DNA of 64,000 bases from Glycera tridactyla (lineage: Eukaryota): assembly GCA_965644265.1 (NCBI GenBank), contig OZ286463.1, positions 105,400,001 through 105,464,000 of the forward strand, read 5' to 3'. Below the pieces are notes generated by a model. That model was not told the origin of the DNA and ran no database searches. It saw only the letters and a program-made list of their open reading frames with translations. The translations under genes and the position numbers were made by a program. Shown in pieces: positions 29,101 to 41,812 of the stretch (positions are counted from its first letter, which is position 1; the number at the start of each line of letters is the position of its first letter).

Positions 29101-32100
29101 GAAAAAAATGTCGATTGAATTAGGTTTCACAACAAATGATGAACTGCCTGTAGGAAGAATGAGGTTGGCAGGATGTCCAATACCACCCGGCTATAATTTC
29201 GCCATCAGCGTGACGGGAATTGTACTAGTAATCACATTGATCTCAAACAGTTGCAGTGCCGACAGCATTCAATCAATTTGCCTTCGCAACCATGCTCAGG
29301 TTTCAGAATTTGATGAATAGACGTAATTACCATAATCAACATGCCATACTTTGAATGCTATCTCCGTTGTGAATTCTAACAATGTGCAGAGACATGATTA
29401 TGTGGTAATTCTTCAATTCTGGATAATGATAGGGTTATTTGGTCATGCGTCAGCTCTGACAGAACAATCCTCGAACAATCCGCTTCATGAATCGTCCACA
29501 AAGCAATGATCAAATCGGTGAATGTTAAGATCTACACGACCTCACAACAAAAGTATCGAAATATGGTCCATGAAAAAGGTCTGAAATACAAGCATGGTTT
29601 TTCCAGCACAGACATCGTTTTCACGCGAACAAGCAACCCTGTAAAGATAAATGCTTCTTGAGTGATTTCACCACTTATGATTCTTGTTCGATCAGATTTC
29701 TATAAAATACGAATATATTCCGTAATAATCAATGCAGCTACTCTCAAATGTGTTAGGCATATCCACAGTCAAGTGGCATCACGATATCAAAAGAACTTTG
29801 GCCTCATGAATATTCGATGCAGCTCATTTATGCTTGAGGTAGCAATTCTACACACGTGAGGAGGTGATGAGTTTCACTTCTTGAGTGTTTGTCAAAATAC
29901 ATACATGATCATGAGTGGACTGCATGATCACACGAGTTTCAGACATACCTGCGAAATGGAAATATTTGCAAAACTAAATATTTCATAAAGTATATTGCTA
30001 TAGATGTTAAACAGGGACAGATGTATGGAGCATTGCATTGCATTCATTGACTTGACTAATTCTCGTGACCTCGACTAACAAAAGAAGGTTTGAATAATGT
30101 TTCTACTTGATGCTCACCTTGGAGAATTGTTGAAACAATTGCCTCACATAGGACGTTGATGATGGTGTGAAGGGCACTTAATTAGGCAAGGGGATTTATC
30201 AGCGGGCAATTGCATAGACACCAACACCTACACACAATGGTCTAATGATGATTTATAATATGATAACGCAATTCCGAGGCGCTGGTAGACATGATGCTGG
30301 TAAGTTAATCAGAGAATCAATACAGTCAGATCCTCTCTCGGATGATGCATATTTTTTATATGATAATCATTATATTCATCCGAACACAGTTCACTTGCCT
30401 GATGGAGAAATCATGCACGAGATAATGATTGAGGAGTTGATGTTCATACCCAACCCACTCATTCCCTGCTTGGATTTTTCCAACAAGAACCACCATGTCC
30501 TGTTAAGTGTTTCGTACTTCTATAGACATTGAGCAATTATCGCATTGGTAATGAGACATTTAAAATGCCAGCCTAAGAACTTGCATCAGCTTAAAATTCT
30601 CTCGGAATGATAATGAAATTATCTGCATCGAAACACAATTCTCAGCGAGGGAAACGACAGCTGTGATTTACTCAGGCCAGACTATGCATAGAGACTCTCT
30701 TAAAATCGTCAATTAAACATATGAGATACCAGAACATGTTTCTGGGTATATGCTGTCCCTCTGACCAACCCCTCCCTCTTTCCCCGAAGTAAATCAGAAG
30801 ATTCATGTAGGATATTCTGAAAACTATCCCTCAAGCAACACTATCACATGACGACTTGCCGACTACTGTTTATAACAATTTTGAAGTGACACTTTCAGTG
30901 GACTATATCTAATTTCCAGGAAGTATCCAAATAAAACCCCTTTGTCTACTCGGCCAACCTTTCCTCAAACACTCTTTTTATTCCCCGTTCGTCATAGTCA
31001 TTAAGCAGCTGATTTGTGTTTTGCTGGAGCTTTTAAGTTACTAGGCATGCAAGACAACGCGATTGATCAGGCCATCTATAAGTAGCCGACCCCTGTTCTT
31101 TTACACAACTCCGAATAGTGATTTTATCTTATACTTGACAAATATTCCAATAATCAGGAACGGGAATGCATTGAAGCCGATTCAATATGGGATATATTTG
31201 ACCTAGAGGTGGGAGCAAATTCTTGCCACATCGACCCGATCAAGATGACGGGTCAATTTTGATCCAGTGTGGGAATTATAGATAACGGATCTGGATCCGT
31301 GAGTTGGCTTGTGACAAAATCATCAATTGGACAGATATCGAAAATTGTTTTCCGACATATGGAACTGTGAATCGGACAGTAAGCTTGGAATTTGTATCAA
31401 CACCGAGTGAGGTGGGCATTGCCATCAAACTATTGGCCTATACACATAGTGAGCATGCCTTGAGGATAGTGTTCTGCATCACTGCGTTTCAATATCCAAG
31501 AATCCTGGTATATGAGTTCGTCTAGCTGACTGCGGATAATAGGATGCCCTTCATATTCAGACAGAAATCTCCATCAAGCATTCTTCATCACGAATACACA
31601 GTGACAGTCTCATATAAAGCCCTCAATGCTGGCGCCAAAGTTAGATGAAATCCAATTATGAGTTGTACACTTCCTGACAGACTGCATCATCTGCGTCTTC
31701 AAGCTACGTGAAGGTGAATACAATATCAGGGTTTAGAATGATGATCGTGGTTGATGAAGGAGGCTGAGGCATCAAGGCATCAGTACTTCAGCACCATCCG
31801 ATCTCGGACAAATATTTGCCTGCCTGCTAATGCATCTAGTTACCATCTAATCCTATATACCCTTCTTTGCAGTCCGGTCATTGTCCAGTCTAGCTCGAGC
31901 GATGATTGCTTTCGCGTATACACATGGTTAGGAGCCAGTGATCACTCAAATTAGATAATCGGTAATGAGTATGACATTGTCTTGGATTAGAATTCAATTT
32001 CAAATTGCAATTATTCTCAGTAAAGGTAGATCACCGGTGGAGGAGGAGGGGACATTCTGACTCACTCACAATGTAACATGATATGTCTAATATTCCGGAT

Positions 32101-35100
32101 GATCTCAAGCCAAAGTGAGGCCAGAACACTTCATAATTTCCCTATTCATCCGACTGGACGTCTGGATCGAATCATTGCAGTAGAGCTAGATTGATGCTGT
32201 CTACGGCAATCTCGAAGCAGTAGGGAATGAAAAGATATTCATCATGCAGTAGTGAAAAAAAGAATATCTGTTTGATGCAGTTTGTCTTCTTGTCTGTGAA
32301 TTTCTGTTATATTTTTATGTGTGGTAGCGGGTCTGGTCTCCCATGTTGTACCTCAGCTGTGTGTTATTAGAACGGGGTGATTTGATATCCATTCCCACAT
32401 GCCTGTACAGAGTAAGATCCGATATTGCATCCGGTTAAAAATCAGCAGATACATAGCCGATGAAGTCGGATATGGTATGGTATTCGGCAAATCTGGTGAG
32501 GGGCGGGGCTCCCTTGGAGAATATTCGCTCGATCCTCAACAGTTTTCAGAGCTGATCCGTCTCCATCATTCATATTTGTTTTACTTTCATGATTTGAATT
32601 GTTATATGAGAGGTTTGGGAATAAACAGTGTTTGTTGGCTGTCGTTACATGCGGGAGGAGTATATGCTGGAAATGGGCGGTATCTGAGCAAGGTAGAAAA
32701 TATTGATTGATATGGAAATACCCAATGGTGGCAGACCATTCAAACTTCGACGTAATGGATCGGCCCTGAGAGACTAGCCACAGAGCCACCATCTGCTGAA
32801 CACTTCTAATCTATTCTCTCCGAAAATATGAAACTATCAACAGCGACGTATCAAAAATGCAGCAGACGATGCGTCTTTGGGGATGGCATATCTCTCATGA
32901 ATTCCATCAGAAGGCGCGTGAAGACTCTCGAAAGCAATTTCACACGTGTGCGTGATATGAAATATGAACAGATATTATGGAAATATGATTCAGAGTCTGA
33001 TAGGTTAGACTCAAGGGAGACGATATGCAATGCGGGTTTATGCGAGTAGAATAGCATTAAGTCTGCAAGAAAACATATTCAATATCACCTCCCAACAACT
33101 GACGTTGTTTACCAAAGAAAAATGTAAGGAAGGTGGACAGGTAGCAAGAGAGAAAAAGAGGGAGAGAGAAGATAAATGTGAGAAAGGCGAAAAAACAGAC
33201 TGAGATACGAAATGGAGAAAAAGACAGAGATAGGGACATCTAGAAAGAGAGCAAGTTTATCTTGTCGTTTGTTTCGTGCTGGAAATTCTTGTCTTTGCAT
33301 TGACAGGATGGTTCGGTCGCAATATCCAGCATGACTTGGCATCTGATTAGTCTGTCACAGAATCTAGTCAGGGGAGCGACCTCCTGACACATTTGATTCT
33401 TGTATTGTGCGAGATCGGATCAAAGCTCTATCACTACTGTAGATGTCAACCTACGAAGAAAAAGCATTAACTCTGGGGTAATATTCATGATATTCCCATT
33501 TGATGCCCATTTAGGGCTGCAAACAAGCTGGATAGCTTTCTAGATCAGCATGAAATGATGACGTTATGACTGATTATTTCTGAAGTTGAAATTGTGACCT
33601 TGCGATTGGAAAAGGTACTCGATACGTCTGGCTACATCAGCGTCGATTCCGTTAGTATCCTGAAGCTGTCACATCCATGTAGAGTTAATCTGATTGAGAT
33701 GTAATATGTTGTTCAATCCACGCAGGAGGCTCGTTCTTCTGAGTGCAATCTGAATTCAATTTACGTAGATGATAGGTTCGTGTCTCCCAGCAGAGTATGT
33801 ACCTCTACTCGTTCAAGGCATACAATCAGCTGCTCTCTCACAGGAAATCAACTTCAATGAAATCACTGTCAATCAAACAGGCAACTGGCTTGTTATTGGG
33901 ATATCAAAGGTCACGTGTAACCTCTCTATCCCAAATTGAGTGGAAGTACCGAAAGGTTAGATTGATCGGAATATAGAGGATGACCACGCAATTCGGACGT
34001 ACCAGCATTTATCCCACTTCATTTGAGCCTGATCCGTATATCGTTAGTTTCGACCAAGGTGAGCCCGCAAGTCATTTTGAGAGATGATTGCTGAAGAATT
34101 GGTTCAGAGTCTGGTCGCCTTGTCGATTTCTCTGTGACAGCCAAATCCGTTGAAATACACAATAGTCCTGAGCATTTTCTGAATACCAGCTGTCGGATTC
34201 CAGTCGTTGTATGCGTTCTGATAGCAGCATCACCCCGCCTCTGGCGTAGAATATAACCCCATCTCATTCCAGTACCGTTGATTTATAGAGTGGTGAGCTG
34301 ATGTACTGAAACTGGAGAAGTGTTTTGTACGTCAAATGAATATAATTGGGTGACGTGAGGGGGGTAGGTGACCTTGAGGCATACCATGGGGGAGGGAGAA
34401 GAGGGGAGCAGCTGTCGTTGGTATGTTACCGCTTCTCATAACTTTAACAGACTCCCAGTCTCAAAGGCGCAATTATTTGTTGAAGATTTCAGATGCGACA
34501 AACGTCTTGACTGGGATTCATTCCGCTGGACATTTCTCTGTTCTCCCAACGTAGCACACAGCTTTCTCACATGGAATGCAGAGAAGATCCTGATCTTAAA
34601 TCAATTGTATTCACACGGAATATATTCAGGTAAAACATTGATGAGGCCGGCGGTGTGATGATGCCATATGACTGAGTTTTTCGAAAAGTGTACCTATTTT
34701 CATCATGGTCAATTTGGAATGAACCAGAATTGAATGTAGGGAAAAATGATTATCACACTTGAGTAAGGATGAATTAAGCTGTATATTCCTAATCGAATTG
34801 TCTATCTCACTTTGTGTCTTGCATGACCAGTTTATGCGAAGTGATATAACAATCGATGTACGGAAGAGGGCACTGATGCTGATGTCACATGCCATGTATC
34901 TCAGAGTGCAGAGTGATATCGGGAAAAAAAACACATATTCGAACATTTGTGGAAGGTCGCGCGTGGATAATTGGTGCCGTCAAATCCGCTTTATTTTCTT
35001 CCATCAGTCAATTACGGAAACTGTGACCCACGAGACTGGACTGTCCAAATGTGACAGATATCCATGCGCCGGGAATGGTCAACCCAAACTCTGGAATCAC

Positions 35101-36304
35101 TTCCACGCCTGCAACATGGATCTTCATAGAGGGAGAAGCGTGAAAAACTTCGAATACACACTCGACAGAAGCCCCCCATATGTTATCTTGAATTCAGTCT
35201 TGAATATCTAGACCACACATCTGCTCAATCCGCCACGTTCGATTTGCCTTTGACAATCATTTGTGATAATAGCGTAGATTTGACGTTTTGATGTCATCTT
35301 GGACTCTCCTGGAGTGTATATCAAATGAAACCTGACAGGGGCCTGCAGGCGAAGGGCCTGTTAAAGCCATTACAGTGAGTTACTATGGACAGCATACCAC
35401 GTCTAACAACTGCACTGGCAGCAAATTTCCATCGTTTAGTAGCATACGGTGAGACTAGTGAGCGTGTGCCGGCGTGCTCAACTCTACAACCTCCAGAAGT
35501 GAATGATATTACTGAGACAAGCCTTCATGCTAACTGATATACGTCCAAAAAATCGGCAGGTGATTTTTCCATCTGATCGGCGAGTGAACAGCGTGATACT
35601 TCATACTGTTGACCAGGGTAAATGGGCTGCGACAGCTCATTTCCATTCCATATACATACAACATATTTTAATTAAATTTAATTGGAGAAATTTATTGAGC
35701 TCCGGCAAGGGAGATCAAGGCGGCCATATCTTCCCCTTGAGAGCACAAACGCATATCAAGGACCCAAGCATATATACAGGGCAATAGAGTAACATTGTAG
35801 TCGATATCCGTCAGAAAAATAAATCAGATACTAGTGAATTCTCAAGACAGTTGGGTAATCCAGGTAGACGTGGTAGGGATGCAGACTAGACTGTACTGCT
35901 GGCATAGAGATTCACATGACATAGCCTAGCATAGCACGTAGCACATAGCACATAGCCAGCTAGCGGGTCCCGTGGCGGTGTTATGCTAAATTCAATGGGC
36001 GGTTATCCGATAATTTAGGACATGCGGTAAATGATTAATAAGCACACTTGATTACAAGTCTCGGTAAAGGCACCTGCATAAAGCGTTAAATACTTGGTTT
36101 TAGAATGGTTTATCGTGTACTCACTCATGCTTGATTATAATGAGAAAATACATTATTAGACGTGTCTTATAAGAACGTGTCTCATGTCAAAGATGGAATG
36201 AGTCCGAAGAACTATCTTCGATTTGATAGTTTCGGTGATGTCAGGTTTCGATTCATTAGACCTGGGTGAGCCGGCAAATGCTTGGATGATATATCCGTAT
36301 TGAA

Positions 36305-37490
36305 GAGTGCGAGTGACGAGGTAGTGTGCGGCGTACACACATACAGTCATGTCTGATAATATGTACATGTAATTACATGAGTGCGAGTGATGGGGTAGTG
36401 TGCCGCGTACACACATACAGTCATGTCTGATAATATGTACATGTAATTACATGAGTGCGAGTGATGGGGTAGTGTGCAGCGTACACACATACAGTCATGT
36501 CTGATAATATGTACATGTAATCACATGCGTGCGAGTGATGAGGTAGTGTGCGGCGTACACACATACAGTCATGTCTGATAATATGTACATGTAATTACAT
36601 GAGTGCGAGTGATGGGGTAGTGTGCCGCGTACACACATACAGTCATGTCTGATAATATGTACATGTAATTACATGAGTGCGAGTGATGGGGTAGTGTGCA
36701 GCGTACACACATACAGTCATGTCTGATAATATGTACATGTAATTACATGAGTGCGAGTGATGGGGTAGTGTGCAGCGTACACACATACAGTCATGTCTGA
36801 TAATATGTACATGTAATCACATGCGTGCGAGTGATGAGGTAGTGTGCGGCGTACACACATACAGTCATGTCTGATAATATGTACATGTAATTACATGAGT
36901 GCGAGTGATGGGGTAGTGTGCGGCGTACACACATACAGTCATGTCTGATAATATGTACATGTAATTACATGCGTGCGAGTGATGGGGTAGTGTGCGGCGT
37001 ACACACATACAGTCATGTCTGATAATATGTACATGTAATCACATGAGTGCGAGTGATGAGGTAGTGTGCGGCTTACACACATACAGTCATGTCTGATAAT
37101 ATGTACATGTAATTACATGAGTGCGAGTGATGGGGTAGTGTGCGGCGTACACACATACAGTCATGTCTGATAATATGTACATGTAATCACATGAGTGCGA
37201 GTGATGGGGTAGTGTGCGGCGTACACACATACAGTCATGTCTGATAATATGTACATGTAATTACATGAGTGCGAGTGATGGGGTAGTGTGCGGCGTACAC
37301 ACATACAGTCATGTCTGATAATATGTACATGTAATCACATGCGTGCGAGTGATGAGGTAGTGTGCGGCGTACACACATACAGTCATGTCTGATAATATGT
37401 ACATGTAATCACATGCGTGCGAGTGATGGGGTAGTGTGCGGCGTACACACATACAGTCATGTCTGATGATATGTACATGTAATCACATGC
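36305..37490. repeat. Minisatellite, 74-bp unit, ~16 copies
   Basis: Unit gtacacacatacagtcatgtctgataatatgtacatgtaattacatgagtgcgagtgatggggtagtgtgcggc; period confirmed by 36333 to 36407. Confidence 0.97.
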
Positions 37491-40071
37491 GCCGATCATT
37501 CACAGCTGACTAAATGAATCAGCATAAAATCTCGCTAGATAACGTTTAGAACGGTTACTTGCGTCGATATATGAAATGAGATCAGATTGGGTTCTGCGCC
37601 TGTGTGATCGCGTTTGCTCATTGGTATTCAGTCAGCAAGTCACACAACTGTTTTATGGGACAATAATTCCTGATGGTATATGGATGGCTGGTCATTTCGT
37701 CGTTTTCCCAACCACCTGCGTCGCTCTTAATCTGTTCAGGCATTCCATCACCACTCCAAGGTTTGCATAGTCGACCTAATATTCATTATCAGATCGGCCC
37801 GATACTTGGTCATCGCCCACCCCTGAGATGCTGCTTCGCGGCTGCGGAAGAAGTGTCATGTGTAATGCTTTATTCATATAGCAAGATGAATGTTTAGATT
37901 CAATCAGTGTGCAATAGTACAGATCGGCACTGCCATGAAATGATCATGGTCGCAGTAAGTTCATCGAGTAGCAGGAGATTCTTGATGAGGTTTCGCGATT
38001 TGTTAGCAGGAAAGCATTCATAACCAGGGAAATGTGATCCCAGGTTTCAGTTTAATTTAAATTATTGTCTATGGAGCGGAAAAAAACGTTGAAGGGACCA
38101 AAGCCAGGTGGCATATACAAGGGTTAGGCTGTCGTCATTGAAAACCTGGATTGATAGGTTGAGATATCATGAGCAAACCATAGGGACTCAAGGTACTAAG
38201 CTTTGTGGGACTATGCCATGAAAAGAGTGCCATAGTCAGCAGTAATTTTTCTCAATTTTATGATAAATAGATGTCCGTCATCGAAGGCAGTGCGTAAGTG
38301 GCAATATGTAGTCCTCCGCGTTGTCTGCAGTCAAATATCTCGCTTGATGTATACAATAGAACGGCCGTAGCTTATGATTTGCGACTGTTATGCAAACTCG
38401 TGGGACTGAAATTGCAGTTGCAATTGCTACTTATGTTATTGGCGTTAACACAATTCATGGTTTTCCACTGAACAGAGTATTTTTAAGATTGTTCGCTCGT
38501 CCTGAATGTGTGTTTTTTTGTATATTGTCTACACCCGGAGGGCAAAATGCAGTCCACTGCCATTGGTATTTCATCAGGCAAAATATCAATTTCATATTAA
38601 ATCGGAATGACCTTTTCCCTCTAGGCGCAATGCTTCCGGGGTTTTTGCAGTGCCTCCCAGCATGCCAGGCATAGCAGCAGCTGACCAGTGGGTTCCGTGA
38701 TGCACACAGAGAAATGTATACAACAATATCAACAGTAGCAGCAGATTACCAGTGATGATAGCCACTGCAACAGTAACATCATCAACAGTGAGCCAAAAGG
38801 TGAATACAGTCACTTTGAGCTGAGCACACGCCGATCAATTCCTCGGAATAATTTTTGTTTGTTTGCAATGAATGCCCTCTAGGCTATGGCGAAATGAAAG
38901 TGCTGCAGAGATGAGACACCACTGCTGGATGTAATCATCAACAACAGTGATTCGTTTACGTGTATAGCGTACTCCCGTATTTATGATATCACGATATCAC
39001 AGTCGGCCTGTGATAGGTCTACATGCGATAGATTCATATTCAATCAAATTCATTCTCAATTCATACAAGGTTGCAATATGTCTCAATCTATACAACAATT
39101 ATCAGATATGTCTGTTCATTCAACTTTCAAAAAAAAGGTTCCACCATACTTTGCACGTTGTAATAATCTTCTGTGCTATGTAGTTATTTTCTGTGATCGA
39201 GTAACAAATCAGATTCGAAACTAAATGTGTTTCAAGTGTAATTCCACTTCACCCAGTTGATCAACAAAACAGTCACGGTGGTAAATCTAGGATGTCGATG
39301 AAGGGGTCTTGAGTGACTGTGACGTGTGTCCAATTTGCTTCCAATTATAGATGATTTGAATGATGGTGACGTGTTAGAGCTGTGATCAGGGCGACGCCAG
39401 CTTTTGATTTTCTCTTGATAGCCGGGAGAGTTCACGTATCGATCACCGAGGTCTTATGTTCTTACAAGCTGGTGACCTCCACAAGTCCCAGAATCATTTC
39501 ACTGATTCACAGGTCCTCTCCATGCAGCAGTAAACAAGCGTCTGTAATGCAATGACCTCGAATTCTGTGCAGGTCTCAAACTTCAGCTGTACTTTGGACT
39601 TCTGTTGGGTATGGTCTGTAAACTGTAAACTGTGAAAAGCTTTCATTACTGCTAAAGATACAATAACCCAGTAGGGTCATATGAACAGCTCTTGCTCATG
39701 CAGAGAATAATGTACGTGGAAAAAACTACCATTTGACAAGAAAGTGCATAACATGTGCGGCAAGGGTACAAAAGTAAAGGCGGTAGAAAAAGGTGATATA
39801 ATCTAAATCCGACTCAAATATCAGACAATTCGATGTCGAAATGTCACCCAGTTGGGCATTATTACAAGAGGATATTGTTCATCTAGAATGAACGATATGT
39901 GTTGTGACAAGGCAGGATGCCCAGATGATGGTATGTCAAAGATACAACGGAGGTCCACAAGATGGCGGTATGGAGGTGTTTTTCACATGGCGTAACAGTC
40001 TCAATTCCGCCACCTAACGTTCAATACCAAAACATTTCTCCTCCCCCACCCTCAACCAATAGTCCCTCTCT

Positions 40072-40873
40072 TTTCTTTCTTTCTTTGTTTTAGGTTTAAC
40101 GGCATGTATCAACCCGTGGATTATGTATGCCGTGTGTTCCTGGTTGATGAAAGCTAGATGTTCCCTCCCCTGCAGAAATCACTCTCACAGACCCTGAACA
40201 CAAGTTGATGGGGAACCTGGAAGGTTGTCAAGTGGAAGTAGCTGACAGTTCAGACACACCTCTACCTAATCTGAACACACATAATAAACTTTTGATGGCA
40301 TATCTAACTATGTAGCTGGCTGAATCCTGATAGCAATGCTTTTGTTCTGCAAAGCGCAGCACTTGACACAAGGAAAAGCATTAGGCTTGGGGAATACTCA
40401 ACCAAAGTGTTCAATTACAAACTGCCTACTTCAAACCAGCTTTACAATAATTTCTTGCCCTACGCTGGCAGTACAATGCCATCACACTTCCTAGTAAGCT
40501 AGTCGCAGCCCTAGTAACCCAGAACTGGTGTGCCTGGTACCCGCTTTTTGCATAGTGACGATATCTGCAACAGGCAAACTGTTAGCTACCTACACCGGAG
40601 ACCATTTCGCTGAAGAAATAAGAAGAAGCTTAGAGGGATAGAAAAGAGGTGAAGAGAAAGAAACCATGGTGATAGTGAAATTTTGGTAGAAATTGCCTAA
40701 AGACAGATGACAGAAAATCTGAAGGTATGTTTTCATTCAACCCCCCACACCAAAAATTTTTGAGAAAAAGAGGAGGCATGATGCTACATCTAGGCCACAT
40801 CATCCCCGATGGCAACACTTCAAAGAAAAAGACCCGCGCCCATTGGTGGCTGCCTTCTGTAGAGACCCTGGAC
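40072..40873 (-). mobile_element. Dispersed retroposed repeat, copy 2, with target-site duplication
   Basis: Reverse-complement homolog of 5716-6500. Its A-rich tail on the minus strand is aaaacaaagaaagaaagaaaa. It is flanked by a direct repeat ccaatagtccctctct at 40056-40071 and 40884-40899, extended by cccaccct on both sides. Confidence 0.78.
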
Positions 40874-41660
40874 TCCCACCCTGCCAATAGTCCCTCTCTG
40901 GTCAGGGGAGACATTCGTCGGATATGGTTTGAACCATTAGTCTATTGGTTGAATAATGCATACGTATCTCTAGAATAGATAAACATTCGTCCACAACTAG
41001 CCATATACTCTTCCAGACATCTGTATTAGATATTCATGTGCTTCTCCAATACATCATCGCCATTGTTATCAGGCGATCGGCTCCCACGAGGAGAATTTAC
41101 AGTCGTCTTCCTGTACTGATCCATGCACATTCTACGATGCAAACTTGGCAAAGTGAGTAGTCTTTTGAGATGTGTATATGAGTACAAGTATGATTTGATG
41201 CCAAATATGAACGTTGCGAGATGTATTAGCTCACATCCATTCTTGCTGTCACCATGTACTCTAGTTAGCATCTGACCACCATGCGTACTTTTTTTCATAT
41301 TGAAATATATGCATACATATATTTTTACTCGATTTTCCACTCGGCTAAGAAAGTTTCATGATATTCGTCAGAGGATATTGAGTGAAAAAAGCTTCGAGGT
41401 AAAATATAATCATGTTACATCAATACGCGCAACGTAATACCTCTTTTTTGTTTTGCAAAGTTTAATCCATTCCCCTGCATGCATTGCATCAAAAATGATG
41501 AAGCAACAGCAAATTACTATGCATACGTCATATGAATGTCTGATTATCGAGATGCAATTTACTCGAATTGAAACAGATGACAACGCATGAGACATTTTCG
41601 TTATCTCCATGTGGAATAAGAATGATGAGCGGGGACAAAACAAGAAGACAAAAGTAACTA

Positions 41661-41812
41661 CAGTGAAACCTGCTTGAGTGTAAACCTGCGCTAGGCAAAC
41701 TCCTGTCTTAAGCACATACCCCACGGTCTGCCCGGATATTTTTTTCTCACTATAATTGTCCTGCGCTAAGCAAAATCCTGCCTTAAGTGGAAGAAAAATT
41801 TGGTCCCATGAC
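41661..41812. mobile_element. Probable Tigger/pogo-like MITE remnant (left end)
   Basis: TA|CAGTGAAACCTG start with internal cctgcgctaagc/cctgtcttaag repeats. Only a degenerate candidate right TIR (aggtttcagttgta, ~41995-42008) was seen. Confidence 0.5.

Noticed and set aside
36305-37490. Regular repeat arrays (also 44479-45447, 52454-52784, 60796-61108) as CRISPR arrays
   Set aside because: The units are contiguous with no unique spacers, there are no cas genes, and the context is eukaryotic.
38690-38813. Minus-strand VAVAIITGNLLLLLILL resembling GPCR TM1
   Set aside because: The region is built from degenerate actgttgatgat-type low-complexity repeats, has an in-frame stop just upstream, and has no TM2 motif or splice sites.
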